From positions 2,688,001 to 2,752,000 of the forward strand of contig CAWDEM010000008.1 in assembly GCA_963801355.1 (NCBI GenBank): a DNA stretch of 64,000 bases, read 5' to 3'. Positions 38,592 to 47,756 of this stretch are shown in pieces. The number at the start of each line of letters is the position of its first letter. The stretch's first letter is position 1. Origin of the DNA: Ignavibacteriota bacterium (GTDB taxonomy: Bacteria; Bacteroidota; Ignavibacteria; UBA10030; UBA6906). A program made the position numbers and the translations under genes. The notes below the pieces were generated by a model that was not told the DNA's origin, searched no databases, and was given only the letters and a program-made list of their open reading frames with translations.

Positions 38592-41205
38592 TATACGTCG
38601 CGCGGCCGGTGTCATCGTACACGTACCGTTCATTCAACGTGTCAAACAGGTTGTAGACTTTCACAAAAGCGGTGAGGCGGACCCCCGACACCGCGAAGGT
38701 CTTGTCGGCAAGCAGGTCGACGCGCGTTTGCGACGGCTTGCGGCCGCTATTGGTTTTCAGATATACCGTTCTCGTGGTAATCTGGGGTGTATACGGGAGT
38801 CCGGTACCAATCCGTCCGACAAGTGTCACGTTCCAGTCGTTTGCTTCACCCACGGTTACGGTGGCATTGAGCGTGTGGACCTGATCCCAGTCCAGATTCA
38901 CGGGCACTTTTTCGCTCTGCCGCCCCGAAGAGAGATCTAGGAAGAACGCATTGGCGTCGGTCTCGTTTCCCTCCGCAACCTGGAAGGTGTAGTCCAGCGT
39001 AGCACCGACGATGTCGCTGGTCGTGCGGCGTTTGGTGAACGAGAGGGTGATGCCTTTGACATTGCTGTAGTCTTTGTTGACGTATTTGTAGTACGTCTCC
39101 TCCCCGCTGATACGGATCTGTTGCAGTGCCAGCAGGTCGCGTACATCTTTGTAGAACCCGGTGACGTTGAAGGAGAGGTTCTCCATCAGCTGCTGCTGCA
39201 ACCCGAGTTCGTAGGTGACCGTTTTCTGCGGGTTGAGGTCGGCATTGCCAAAGGTCGGCGTTCCCGAGGAAAAGCTGTACTTGAAGTTGGGATTCGAGTA
39301 GAGATACGAAAACGGAGGCATCTGGAAGAAATGCCCGTACGAGAAATGGATGATTCCCTTGTCTGTGATCGGGAAGGAAACCCCGACGCGGGGGCTCCAC
39401 TGGTGCTTGCCTTTCGCACGCGCGAGCAGCGCCGCTGGATCCACCGTAGTCGGCAGTGTCGGGCTTATCGGCGAGGGATAGAAAATGTTGGTCGAATAGT
39501 CCGCGTCAGAGGAAAAATAGTCGTAGCGTAATCCGACATTCAGAATGATGCTTTCAAACTCCATCTTGTCCTGGAGGTACGCCGAAAATTCCTTCGGTTT
39601 GCGCTTGTATGCATCGTGATAGGGCGTGCTGGTCGCGGGGATGGTCGGTTCGAAGTACCGGACCGTGTCGCGCAGCACCGAGAAACTCTCGAAATTCAGC
39701 GTGTGCATCTTGTACTCGGCGCCGAACTTCACCTCATGATTGCTGTTGACCTGGCTCGTGAGGTCAAACTTGCCGCCGGTGGTTACTGACCGCTGGTAGT
39801 AGTGCCCGTTCTGTGTCCCGCCCGACAGGAATGTATAGGTCGCCGCCGCCGTGTTCTTATAGTCCGGCTGATAACGGGGATCGGCATGCAGCGTGCCGAT
39901 ATCCAGACCGACGCCGGCCGAGTAGATCACGGGCGATCCGCCGGCATCCAGCAGAGGATACAGATATTGCTTGTAGTCGCTGAGGCTGTACATCCCGCGC
40001 AGCGTGTAGTAGGTTTTGCTGTCGACGGAGTGACGCAACTCGAGTGAGTTCACCAAACCCCATTCTTCGTAGTTGAGGCGGGCATCCGGATTGTATTTGT
40101 AGCTGTGGGAGTACCCCTTGGATGAGGAATTGGAATAGAGCGCATCATACCGGAGTTTCATCGCGGTCGTCGGCTCGAACGACAGCTTGCCGGTCCCGCT
40201 GAATTCCCTGTAGGGATTCATCGGCACAAGTTCATTGTCGCCGGTACTGATCACCGTCATGTCCGCCGGATTCATTGGATTCTTGTAGACATAGTCGGTG
40301 ACATTATGCTCGCGTATGCCGTACAACCACCCCCGCTCCCGGTCCATGCGGCCCGAGAGGAAGAACGTGAGGAGGTCCCCGGGAATGGGCCCATGCAGGG
40401 TCATCTCGGTGACCGTGTGACTGAAGGGTTTGATTTCGTCGATGTTTGTGAAGATCTCCGTGTGATTGCTTACAAAATCTCCGGTATTGAATGACAGGCT
40501 ACCGCCGTACTTGGAGCCCCCCTCCTTTGTGACGGTATTCACGATGCCGCTCAGCGCGTTGCCGTATTCGGCATTGAATGTCCCGCTCACCACCGAGAGT
40601 TCCTGGATGGCATTAGTGGCGATCTGCACAGTCTTGGTGTTGTCGAAGGGGTTGGAGATCGAGACGCCGTTAACCGTGTAGGCGATTTCCGTGGAGCGTC
40701 CGCCGCGGATGTGGATTTCTCCCCCGGCGCCCTGCGTAATGCCGGCTTGCAGCGTAAGGATTTGCGTCACACTTTCCACCGGCAGCGCCTCAATCGCCGC
40801 TGCATCGATGTTGGTATGCGATGAAGTCAGATCTCTCCGGATCATCGGCGCTTCCGCCTGCACCTCGACTGTTTCCAGCGCAATAATGTCAGTTGATAAC
40901 TTTGCATCCAGACGGGTGGTGAAATCCACCGACACCTTCACGTTGGAGAAACGCTTCTTCTGGAACCCGACACCGCCGGCCACAACGGTGTAGGTCCCCG
41001 GCGGGATGTTAATAATAGCGTAGTTCCCTTCGACATCGGTGCTGGCACCCATTGAGGTGCCTTCGATAACGATGCTGATGCCGACCAGGGGCTCGCCCGA
41101 TTCGGCATCCTGCATCCGGCCCGCAATCTTTCCGGTCGTGCCGGAGAGCAGCAGAGTGGGCACCAGGAGCAGCAGGAAGGCCACGAGCATGGATCGTGAA
41201 ATCAT
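38443..41205 (-). CDS. TonB-dependent receptor 3
   Basis: SD AGGAGG before MISRSML (41205); HIRGGRSTE, SGTFNAEYGNALSGIVN and SPRVGVSFPI; ends PREVRVGASVEF. Confidence 0.92.
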   Translation of the reverse strand: MISRSMLVAFLLLLVPTLLLSGTTGKIAGRMQDAESGEPLVGISIVIEGTSMGASTDVEGNYAIINIPPGTYTVVAGGVGFQKKRFSNVKVSVDFTTRLDAKLSTDIIALETVEVQAEAPMIRRDLTSSHTNIDAAAIEALPVESVTQILTLQAGITQGAGGEIHIRGGRSTEIAYTVNGVSISNPFDNTKTVQIATNAIQELSVVSGTFNAEYGNALSGIVNTVTKEGGSKYGGSLSFNTGDFVSNHTEIFTNIDEIKPFSHTVTEMTLHGPIPGDLLTFFLSGRMDRERGWLYGIREHNVTDYVYKNPMNPADMTVISTGDNELVPMNPYREFSGTGKLSFEPTTAMKLRYDALYSNSSSKGYSHSYKYNPDARLNYEEWGLVNSLELRHSVDSKTYYTLRGMYSLSDYKQYLYPLLDAGGSPVIYSAGVGLDIGTLHADPRYQPDYKNTAAATYTFLSGGTQNGHYYQRSVTTGGKFDLTSQVNSNHEVKFGAEYKMHTLNFESFSVLRDTVRYFEPTIPATSTPYHDAYKRKPKEFSAYLQDKMEFESIILNVGLRYDYFSSDADYSTNIFYPSPISPTLPTTVDPAALLARAKGKHQWSPRVGVSFPITDKGIIHFSYGHFFQMPPFSYLYSNPNFKYSFSSGTPTFGNADLNPQKTVTYELGLQQQLMENLSFNVTGFYKDVRDLLALQQIRISGEETYYKYVNKDYSNVKGITLSFTKRRTTSDIVGATLDYTFQVAEGNETDANAFFLDLSSGRQSEKVPVNLDWDQVHTLNATVTVGEANDWNVTLVGRIGTGLPYTPQITTRTVYLKTNSGRKPSQTRVDLLADKTFAVSGVRLTAFVKVYNLFDTLNERYVYDDTGRATYTLVATQGTAQATDKLAAEIPGVHPASEWFVNPSYYSAPREVRVGASVEF

Positions 41206-41233
41206 GAAATCCTCCTGAGGACGGAGCGTACGC

Positions 41234-41268
41234 AAAAAAAGGCCGTGAGTATTGCGGTATTCACGGCC
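41234..41268 (-). terminator. Intrinsic terminator between the FG-GAP gene and TBDR3
   Basis: Minus strand GGCCGTGAATA-CCGCAA-TACTCACGGCC followed by TTTTTTT. Confidence 0.7.
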
Positions 41269-41309
41269 GGGTTGTGTCAGAGAGCGAGAGTGACAACTTG
41301 TGGAATGGT

Positions 41310-43184
41310 TCACCGCACCAGAATCATCTTCTGTGACTTTTGAAAGTTGCCGTAGTGTAGCGTACAGAAATATGTTCCGCTCACCACAGGCATGTTGGCG
41401 TTGTTGGTACCATCCCACATCACACTGTGTGATCCGTTTTCAATTTCCCCGTTGATGAGCGTCTTCACCTCCTTGCCAAGAAGATCGTAGACAACGAGGG
41501 AAATCCGCTTGGTCACGGGAAGATTGAACCTGATAGTGGTGCTCGGGTTGAAGGGATTGGGATAGTTTTGTTCGAGGACGTAATCATCGGGGATGATAAC
41601 CGTGAGATCCTTGAGTTCGACGCCCGAGGCTCCGGTTCCTTCCAGCACACGGAACACCCACCGAAGGGGATTTGCCACGGCAGTTTTTGCCGTATCGTAT
41701 CCGCTCTTGCTCTGGTTCCAGGTCAGTTTGGTGATTGTTGTGCTGTCCATGTAGGTGTTGAACCAGCCCTGCATGGGCATAAGGAGATCCTGCTTCCCAT
41801 CCTTGTCAAAATCCGTATTCCTGCCCCACAAATGAGCAACTTGAGCCGCCCAGGGTACTTTGGTGGTGTCCTTTGTGCCCAACGAATCTTTGATCGTCAT
41901 GGATTCGATGACGCGCGATTCTCCGCGATACACGAGACTGAGATTCCAGTTTGCCTGGTCACGCTTGTCGCCACCCTGGTATTCCATCGACACGATGTTG
42001 AATCCAAGCGTATTGCTGAAGTTGATGCCGCTGAAGTAAATATTTTTCTTCCCATTCCCGTCAAGATCGCCATATGCCGCACCCAGTGTATTTGCGCTGT
42101 ATGTCTGATTCAGATCTGGATCACCTATGACGCTCCGGAGGTCGAATGCCCGTGCATTGGAGGTGTCAATCTGCGATGTGCTGGATCCTGGATTGTAGAA
42201 CACCATGTGGACTTTTGTTGCGTTCTCACTTGGAGCGGCTCCGTACCACGTCGGGAGGTAAACCTCATCCCTGCCATCACCGTCGATATCACACACAATG
42301 GCGCCCATGAGCGACACAAAGTCATCCGGATCTGTCAGCATGAGGAACTGCTTCCCACCGGTCGTGTCGGGCATAACATAGGTGTTGGTTCCCGTTACTC
42401 TCACGGGAACCACGTTCTTATGGTACCAGCCGTGCAGAAGCAGCTCCTTGTTCCCGACACCATCGAAGTTTGCGGGGATCACGGCGTAGGGCGACCCTTG
42501 ATTGAGATAGTATGTAGCAAGATCGGTCCTGATCAGCTCGCATTCGTTCTGAAAACTTGAAAAACCGGGATTGTCAGTATCCCATGAACCATAAGCGCTT
42601 ATGACATAGTATCTGTCATTGGCGTTGGGCGTAGAGTTATACGCCACGAGAAGTTCATTCTCTCCGTCGCCGTCAACATCAGCGACTTCCATATACTCAA
42701 CGCTCCCGGCCAACCCCGCGATGGGCGGTGAAGAGATGACTTGCGACGGAATCGTACCAAAGTTGTGGCTGCCAACCACGCCGTCCCATTCGAAGACATA
42801 GATCCCGTCGCCACTCACCTGGTAGATGACCTCCTGCCTTCCATCATTGTCGAGATCACCAAAAATGACGGCACGGGGAGTCGATCCGCCTCCGACGATG
42901 GGCTTGGGGGAGGTCCAGACGAGTTCTATGGAGTCGTTTCCCACAACGGAGAAGACGTGCACTCGGCCAGCATAATTGGTGATGGCAATTTCGGCCTTTC
43001 CATCACTGTCTGCGTCATTGCTGAAGCCGCAGGCCCGGCAGGATGCAGCGTTGTGGAGGACGGTATCGAGCGGAGAACCCGGCAGGAGAGGGTAGCTATA
43101 CGCTGTCGCAATCCGGGCAGATTGGCCATATGCATATGCAGAAACCATGGCCGCTAGGAATATCAATGTGGTAATTTTTCGCAT
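41310..43184 (-). CDS. FG-GAP repeat T9SS protein with FlgD-Ig-type CTD
   Basis: SD GAGGAG before MRKITTL; DADSDGKAEI, GDLDNDGRQEV, ADVDGDGENELLV, DIDGDGRDEV, GDLDGNGK and DFDKDGKQDLL repeats; [17 protein letters not shown]. Confidence 0.85.
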   Translation of the reverse strand: MRKITTLIFLAAMVSAYAYGQSARIATAYSYPLLPGSPLDTVLHNAASCRACGFSNDADSDGKAEIAITNYAGRVHVFSVVGNDSIELVWTSPKPIVGGGSTPRAVIFGDLDNDGRQEVIYQVSGDGIYVFEWDGVVGSHNFGTIPSQVISSPPIAGLAGSVEYMEVADVDGDGENELLVAYNSTPNANDRYYVISAYGSWDTDNPGFSSFQNECELIRTDLATYYLNQGSPYAVIPANFDGVGNKELLLHGWYHKNVVPVRVTGTNTYVMPDTTGGKQFLMLTDPDDFVSLMGAIVCDIDGDGRDEVYLPTWYGAAPSENATKVHMVFYNPGSSTSQIDTSNARAFDLRSVIGDPDLNQTYSANTLGAAYGDLDGNGKKNIYFSGINFSNTLGFNIVSMEYQGGDKRDQANWNLSLVYRGESRVIESMTIKDSLGTKDTTKVPWAAQVAHLWGRNTDFDKDGKQDLLMPMQGWFNTYMDSTTITKLTWNQSKSGYDTAKTAVANPLRWVFRVLEGTGASGVELKDLTVIIPDDYVLEQNYPNPFNPSTTIRFNLPVTKRISLVVYDLLGKEVKTLINGEIENGSHSVMWDGTNNANMPVVSGTYFCTLHYGNFQKSQKMILVR

Positions 43185-43357
43185 GGGCGCTCCTCGCAAG
43201 TGCGTCTTGGACATCGATGATTTGTTGTACCCATCGTGGAATTCCCCACGACTAGACCCCATCCTGTATCAAGGAGAGATGAATCGTTAGGTTTACAGGG
43301 AAAGGCGATGCGAGACCAGCAAGCACAACAAAAAAGTACTGCTTCGCCCAACGAATG

Positions 43358-44812
43358 TCAAGGGGGGGGCCGCCTCCCCAGCATCGCCAACCCCCCGCCA
43401 ATGGTCACCGTAGCAATCACCCCGATAAGCGTAAACCAGGTCCACGCAACTACGTTCAGCGATATCACCGTGACCATCACGAGAATGCCGCCGATGAACC
43501 CTGCAAGGGCGTCTTCCTGCTTCGGCTTTTTGAAGAGGAGGCCCAGCAGGAAAGTCCCGAGCAATCCACCATAGGTGAATGACGCGATGCTGAGCGCAAG
43601 TTCCACGACGGCCCGGGGTGTATTCATGAAGAAGATCGCGGAGAGCACAAGCATTCCGGCCCAGAGCACGGTAACAATGCGGGAAGCCCGCAATTCCTTC
43701 GCCGGCGTCAGGTCCGCCGCAGCACGCGGTTTGTAGAGGTCAAGCACGGTGGAAGATGCCATCGAACTTATTGACCCGGCAAGCGTTGACAGCGCCGCAG
43801 CAAGCAATCCCGCAATGATGAAGCCGGAAACTCCCGGCGGCAGATCCTCAACAATGAAACGCGGGAAGACTTCATCTGCACGTGCCAGACCGAGCGCTGA
43901 GACCGATGCACCATTGTAGTGGCCGTAGAGGAGCAGACCCACAACCATGAAGAGTGCCATCTGCACAATCACAATGACCCCGCTCCCGATCAACGCCTTC
44001 TGCCCGCCGGCGAGCGATTTCGTGGCAAGGACCCGTTGCACCACAAGCTGATCGGTGCCGTGCGATGCCATAGAGAGAAACCCTCCCCCCAACAGTCCCG
44101 CAAATAACGTGTACGGTGTCGTCCAGAATCCCTCTCCAAACCCCAGGTTGAAAATCTGGAACTTGCCTGCTTCGCTTGCCAGGCGGGTCGCGCCTGCCAG
44201 ACCGCCGGGATCCATGCCTATGAGCACCAGGGCAGCCACGATCGCACCGCCGAAATAGACTACCATCTGCACTGCATCAACCCAGATCACGCCACGCACG
44301 CCGCCGGCATAGGTGTAAATCACTGCCACCAGCGCAAGCACGGCGATCGCGGTCGGATAATCCACACCCATCACGAACTTGAGCGGGATTGCCGTGGCGA
44401 ACAGACGCACACCGTCAGCGGCGATCCGCGTAAACAGAAACACGACGGAGGCCAGGCTCCTGGTCTTGGCACCAAAACGTCTCTCCAAAAATGCATATGC
44501 CGTGGAAAGCTCCCCTTTGTAGTACGAGGGAAGAAACACAAAACTGACAACGATGCGACCGAGCAGATAGCCCATCGTCACCTGCAAGAAATTCAGATTC
44601 GCAATGTACGCAAGTCCGGGAATGCTGATGAACGTGAGCGTACTGGTTTCCGCCGCGACGATTGACAAACAGACCACCCACCAGGGAATCACATCCCGGC
44701 CGAGGAAATAGTCTTTCGCTGATTGTTGCTTCCCTCCCCGCAGCATACCGAACAGGGCAATCGCGATGAGGTAGACGATGAGGATGATGTAATCGAGTGT
44801 GGAGAAGCCCAT
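43358..44812 (-). CDS. Sodium:solute symporter (SSS family)
   Basis: DYFLG..IPWW..SIVAAETSTLTFISIPG, GGVRGVIWVD, GTDQLVVQR and GLLAAALST; hydrophobic throughout. Confidence 0.92.
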   Translation of the reverse strand: MGFSTLDYIILIVYLIAIALFGMLRGGKQQSAKDYFLGRDVIPWWVVCLSIVAAETSTLTFISIPGLAYIANLNFLQVTMGYLLGRIVVSFVFLPSYYKGELSTAYAFLERRFGAKTRSLASVVFLFTRIAADGVRLFATAIPLKFVMGVDYPTAIAVLALVAVIYTYAGGVRGVIWVDAVQMVVYFGGAIVAALVLIGMDPGGLAGATRLASEAGKFQIFNLGFGEGFWTTPYTLFAGLLGGGFLSMASHGTDQLVVQRVLATKSLAGGQKALIGSGVIVIVQMALFMVVGLLLYGHYNGASVSALGLARADEVFPRFIVEDLPPGVSGFIIAGLLAAALSTLAGSISSMASSTVLDLYKPRAAADLTPAKELRASRIVTVLWAGMLVLSAIFFMNTPRAVVELALSIASFTYGGLLGTFLLGLLFKKPKQEDALAGFIGGILVMVTVISLNVVAWTWFTLIGVIATVTIGGGLAMLGRRPPP

Positions 44813-44895
44813 AGGTCAGGTCGGGGTTATGTTGAGGTAAACAATCCTGGTCGATGTGAGTTTAAAAAACGGCCGGATCGAGACTGCGACCGGGA

Positions 44896-45249
44896 TCAAT
44901 TCCCCGGGGGTTCGAGCGGGACGCGCGCAGTAACGGGGTGCCACTCCATCAACGTTTTGTAGAACAACAAATTCGTTGCCTTTGCAGGTTGCTCCGCAAG
45001 GTACAGTTCTCCCATCGCCTCACGAAATCGTAGCAGCTCGCGCCGGCGGCTGGTCCACTTGGCATCATAGGTACACAGGTCCAGCAGCTCCATTGCGCGT
45101 TCGTAGCACTCACGGATAGCCCCGGTGGACGCCAACCCGATGAGATTGTGCACGCGGCTGAACTCGCTCGCAATCATTAGTATCTGACGATCCATCGGGT
45201 AAGCCGCCCAGCGTGCGGGAGTCATGCTTTTGTGCCAGAGGGTCACCAT
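44896..45249 (-). CDS. Small helical hypothetical protein coupled to the DUF5674 gene
   Basis: HKSMTPARW..QILMIASEFSR..YERAMELLDL..RELLRFRE; ATG 45249 overlaps the upstream stop (ATGGTGA). Confidence 0.65.
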   Translation of the reverse strand: MVTLWHKSMTPARWAAYPMDRQILMIASEFSRVHNLIGLASTGAIRECYERAMELLDLCTYDAKWTSRRRELLRFREAMGELYLAEQPAKATNLLFYKTLMEWHPVTARVPLEPPGN

Positions 45250-45599
45250 GGCAGCTGAATCCAACGCTGGAGGATAGCGCGTAACCGTTCCCGCAGCTCT
45301 TGATTTTCCACCATCAGGCTTCTGTTACCGCTTGCGGGGCGAATATTTATGAGCGAAGTGTATTCAATGAACGGAGGGTGAGCCCATGGATAGAGATTGC
45401 CGCCCCACAGAAATTCCTGCTTCGAACCGTTTTCCAGGAGACGTAACTCATCGTCTGCATGCATTTCCCCACCGAGCGCAACTGTTTCGCGTTCGACATC
45501 GACAACAAACTTGATCATCGAGTCAAACGGATTTCCCCGAAAGCGCTCAAGATCAGGCAGACTCAAGGTGGTGTCTGGTATAACGATAGGGGCATCCAT
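45243..45599 (-). CDS. DUF5674 family protein
   Basis: MIKFVVDVE..ALGGEMHADDE..LLENGSKQEFLWGGNLYP..IEYTSLINIRP..GNRS pattern; start at ATG 45599. Confidence 0.75.
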   Translation of the reverse strand: MDAPIVIPDTTLSLPDLERFRGNPFDSMIKFVVDVERETVALGGEMHADDELRLLENGSKQEFLWGGNLYPWAHPPFIEYTSLINIRPASGNRSLMVENQELRERLRAILQRWIQLPW

Positions 45600-45606
45600 G
45601 TTGAAC

Positions 45607-45635
45607 AAGATACGCCGTTCAGATCGCTGATGCAA
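45607..45635 (-). promoter_or_regulatory. Sigma70-type promoter, likely giving a leaderless mRNA
   Basis: TTGCAT-17 nt-TATCTT ending 7 nt before ATG 45599; no SD sequence. Confidence 0.5.
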
Positions 45636-45715
45636 CCAGCCGAATCGCCGTTCGACTCGATTCCCTGGTGAGGCAACAGACCAGCCGACGCACAGAAAAA
45701 AAGCTCCCATACACA

Positions 45716-45748
45716 GAAAAACAGCGTGGCCCCCCCAGAGCCACGCTG
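45716..45748 (-). terminator. Intrinsic terminator
   Basis: Minus strand CAGCGTGGC-loop-GCCACGCTG followed by TTTTT. Confidence 0.7.
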
Positions 45749-45797
45749 CCGGTGTGATGTGCTATGCGAATGCAGCAGGCGTGCTGCGTGACTGATG

Positions 45798-47022
45798 CTA
45801 CCGGAGCAGTACCATCCGCTTCATCTCAACCTTCGAGCCGGTTTCCAACCGGTAGAAATACGTGCCGCTGGCCAACCTCGCCCCGTTGAACGACACTGTG
45901 TAGTACCGGCCGGATTCTACGGCACCACTAAACAGCGGTGGCAACTTCCCGTCCGACTGCATCATACACCTTGATACGGGCAGTCCCTGCGGCGTCGACG
46001 GAGAATCGGATCAGTGTCTCAGGATTGAAGGGATTCGGGTAGTTCTGACAAAGTGCAAATGCAGCGGGCGCTGTCTGGTCCGCGACAGAGGTCACGCCCG
46101 AAATCTCCACCGCTACACCTTCGGTTGACGTCTCGGTTCCATCCAGATCAACCTGCCGCAGCCTGTAGAACCATGAACCGGCGGGAACCGAGGCATCACG
46201 CACGGAATACTCATGTGCGACAATTCCGTTCCCCTGTGTCGGGACAAACGCGACCGTCTCGTACGATGCGCTCTCCTTCGGTCTGCGTTCCACGTAGAAG
46301 CCGTAGTTGTTGATTTCACTCGCGGTCCGCCATGTCACGTTGACGCCGTTCGCATACGTATCAGGTGCGGCATGGAAATAGGCCAGCGTAATGGGCAGGG
46401 GGTGTTCCCCCACAATGAAGCGACCGCCATTGATCTCCTGCGGCCACGGGCCGGTGTAGTTCCCGACAACGTACACATCGACCCCGTCGACGACGAATTC
46501 ATGCGTCCCGCAGAGATTTTGGAACACCAGCGCACGCGAACCGGTGATGCGCTGCGTGCCGCAGCCGAGCAGGACCACCGCGGGATGCCCGGTGGCAATC
46601 CCCGTAAGATCCCACGTACCGTTATTGATAATATTCCCTCCGATGACCACAATGGGGCCGCCGGTGCCGCCGCCCTCTTCTCCCACAAACGAACCTCCTG
46701 CCTCTACTGTGACGTCCGTCACAACCGCGAGCACTTTCAGGTGGTCGGCCACCCGCAGGGCGAGTTTGCCACCTGCACGGACCGTCACATCCAGGGCCGC
46801 GCACGCCGCACCGGTCACCGCTACATACGGGCTGGCGTACGCGATGGAGACCGACGAAAGAATGCCGGGAAGAGCTGATGGACTCCAGTTCGCCTCGTTC
46901 TCCCATTTGATATTGGCGGGAGGGACGCACCCGCCGACAAATGAGCGGGGATCCGGTTCGGCGGCAATGCCGAGAACCGGCAGGATTGAAAGCGCAAGAA
47001 TTACAGTGGTCAGCTTACGCAT
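45798..47022 (-). CDS. T9SS type A sorting domain protein (one frameshift near 45937 in the CTD)
   Basis: SD GAGGAGG; signal peptide; [34 protein letters not shown] Ig domain; QNYPNPFNP. Removing one C restores [26 protein letters not shown] with a stop at 45798. Confidence 0.8.
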
Positions 47023-47192
47023 ATCGTTACCTCCTCATACCTTAGTGGTGTTAAAAAGCCTGTTGCCGGACATTTCGTGCCGCATAATTGCTGGAGCGGT
47101 CACCGGGAGTAGAATGTGTGGAGACAAGTTACTCAGGATAGGCGCCGGTTGCTGTTACGGCTGTCACATCCGGACATGGGTGCCGGGGCAGG

Positions 47193-47221
47193 TTGCATTT
47201 TTCGCGGGAATCGCATAGGAT
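47193..47221 (+). promoter_or_regulatory. Sigma70-type promoter candidate
   Basis: TTGCAT-17 nt-TAGGAT upstream of the asparaginase gene. Confidence 0.4.
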
Positions 47222-47261
47222 GATGGTGATCGCCGTCACCATCGCACACAACGAGGGTTAC

Positions 47262-47756
47262 ATGCCAATACGAATCTTCATTACCGGCGGCACATTTGAC
47301 AAGGAATACCATGAACTGGACGGCCGCCTCTATTTCAAGGACTCACACCTCCCCGAAATGCTGGCGCTCGGCCGGTGCAAGGTGGATGTCGCTCCCCGCA
47401 CTCTGATGATGGTCGACAGTCTCGAGATGAGTGAAGCGGATAGGCATTTGATCATCGATCAGTGCCAGCGCTCGCGTGAGCAGCGCATCATCATTACACA
47501 CGGCACCGACACGATGGAAGTGACGGCGCAGGCGCTGGGCAGAGCGGTCACCGGCAAGACCGTCGTCCTGACGGGTGCAATGATCCCCTACAAGTTCGGC
47601 AGCTCCGATGGACTCTTCAACCTGGGGAGTGCGATGGCCTTCGTGCAAGTCCTCCCCCCGGGAGTCTACATCGCGATGAATGGCCGCTATTTCACATGGG
47701 ACAATGTGCGTAAGAACAGAAAAACCGGGGAATTCGAAGAGATCAGGAATCAGTAA
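47262..47756 (+). CDS. Short-chain L-asparaginase (N-terminal domain only)
   Basis: TGGTFDK, DS, HGTDT and LTGAM motifs. Confidence 0.85.
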   Translation: MPIRIFITGGTFDKEYHELDGRLYFKDSHLPEMLALGRCKVDVAPRTLMMVDSLEMSEADRHLIIDQCQRSREQRIIITHGTDTMEVTAQALGRAVTGKTVVLTGAMIPYKFGSSDGLFNLGSAMAFVQVLPPGVYIAMNGRYFTWDNVRKNRKTGEFEEIRNQ

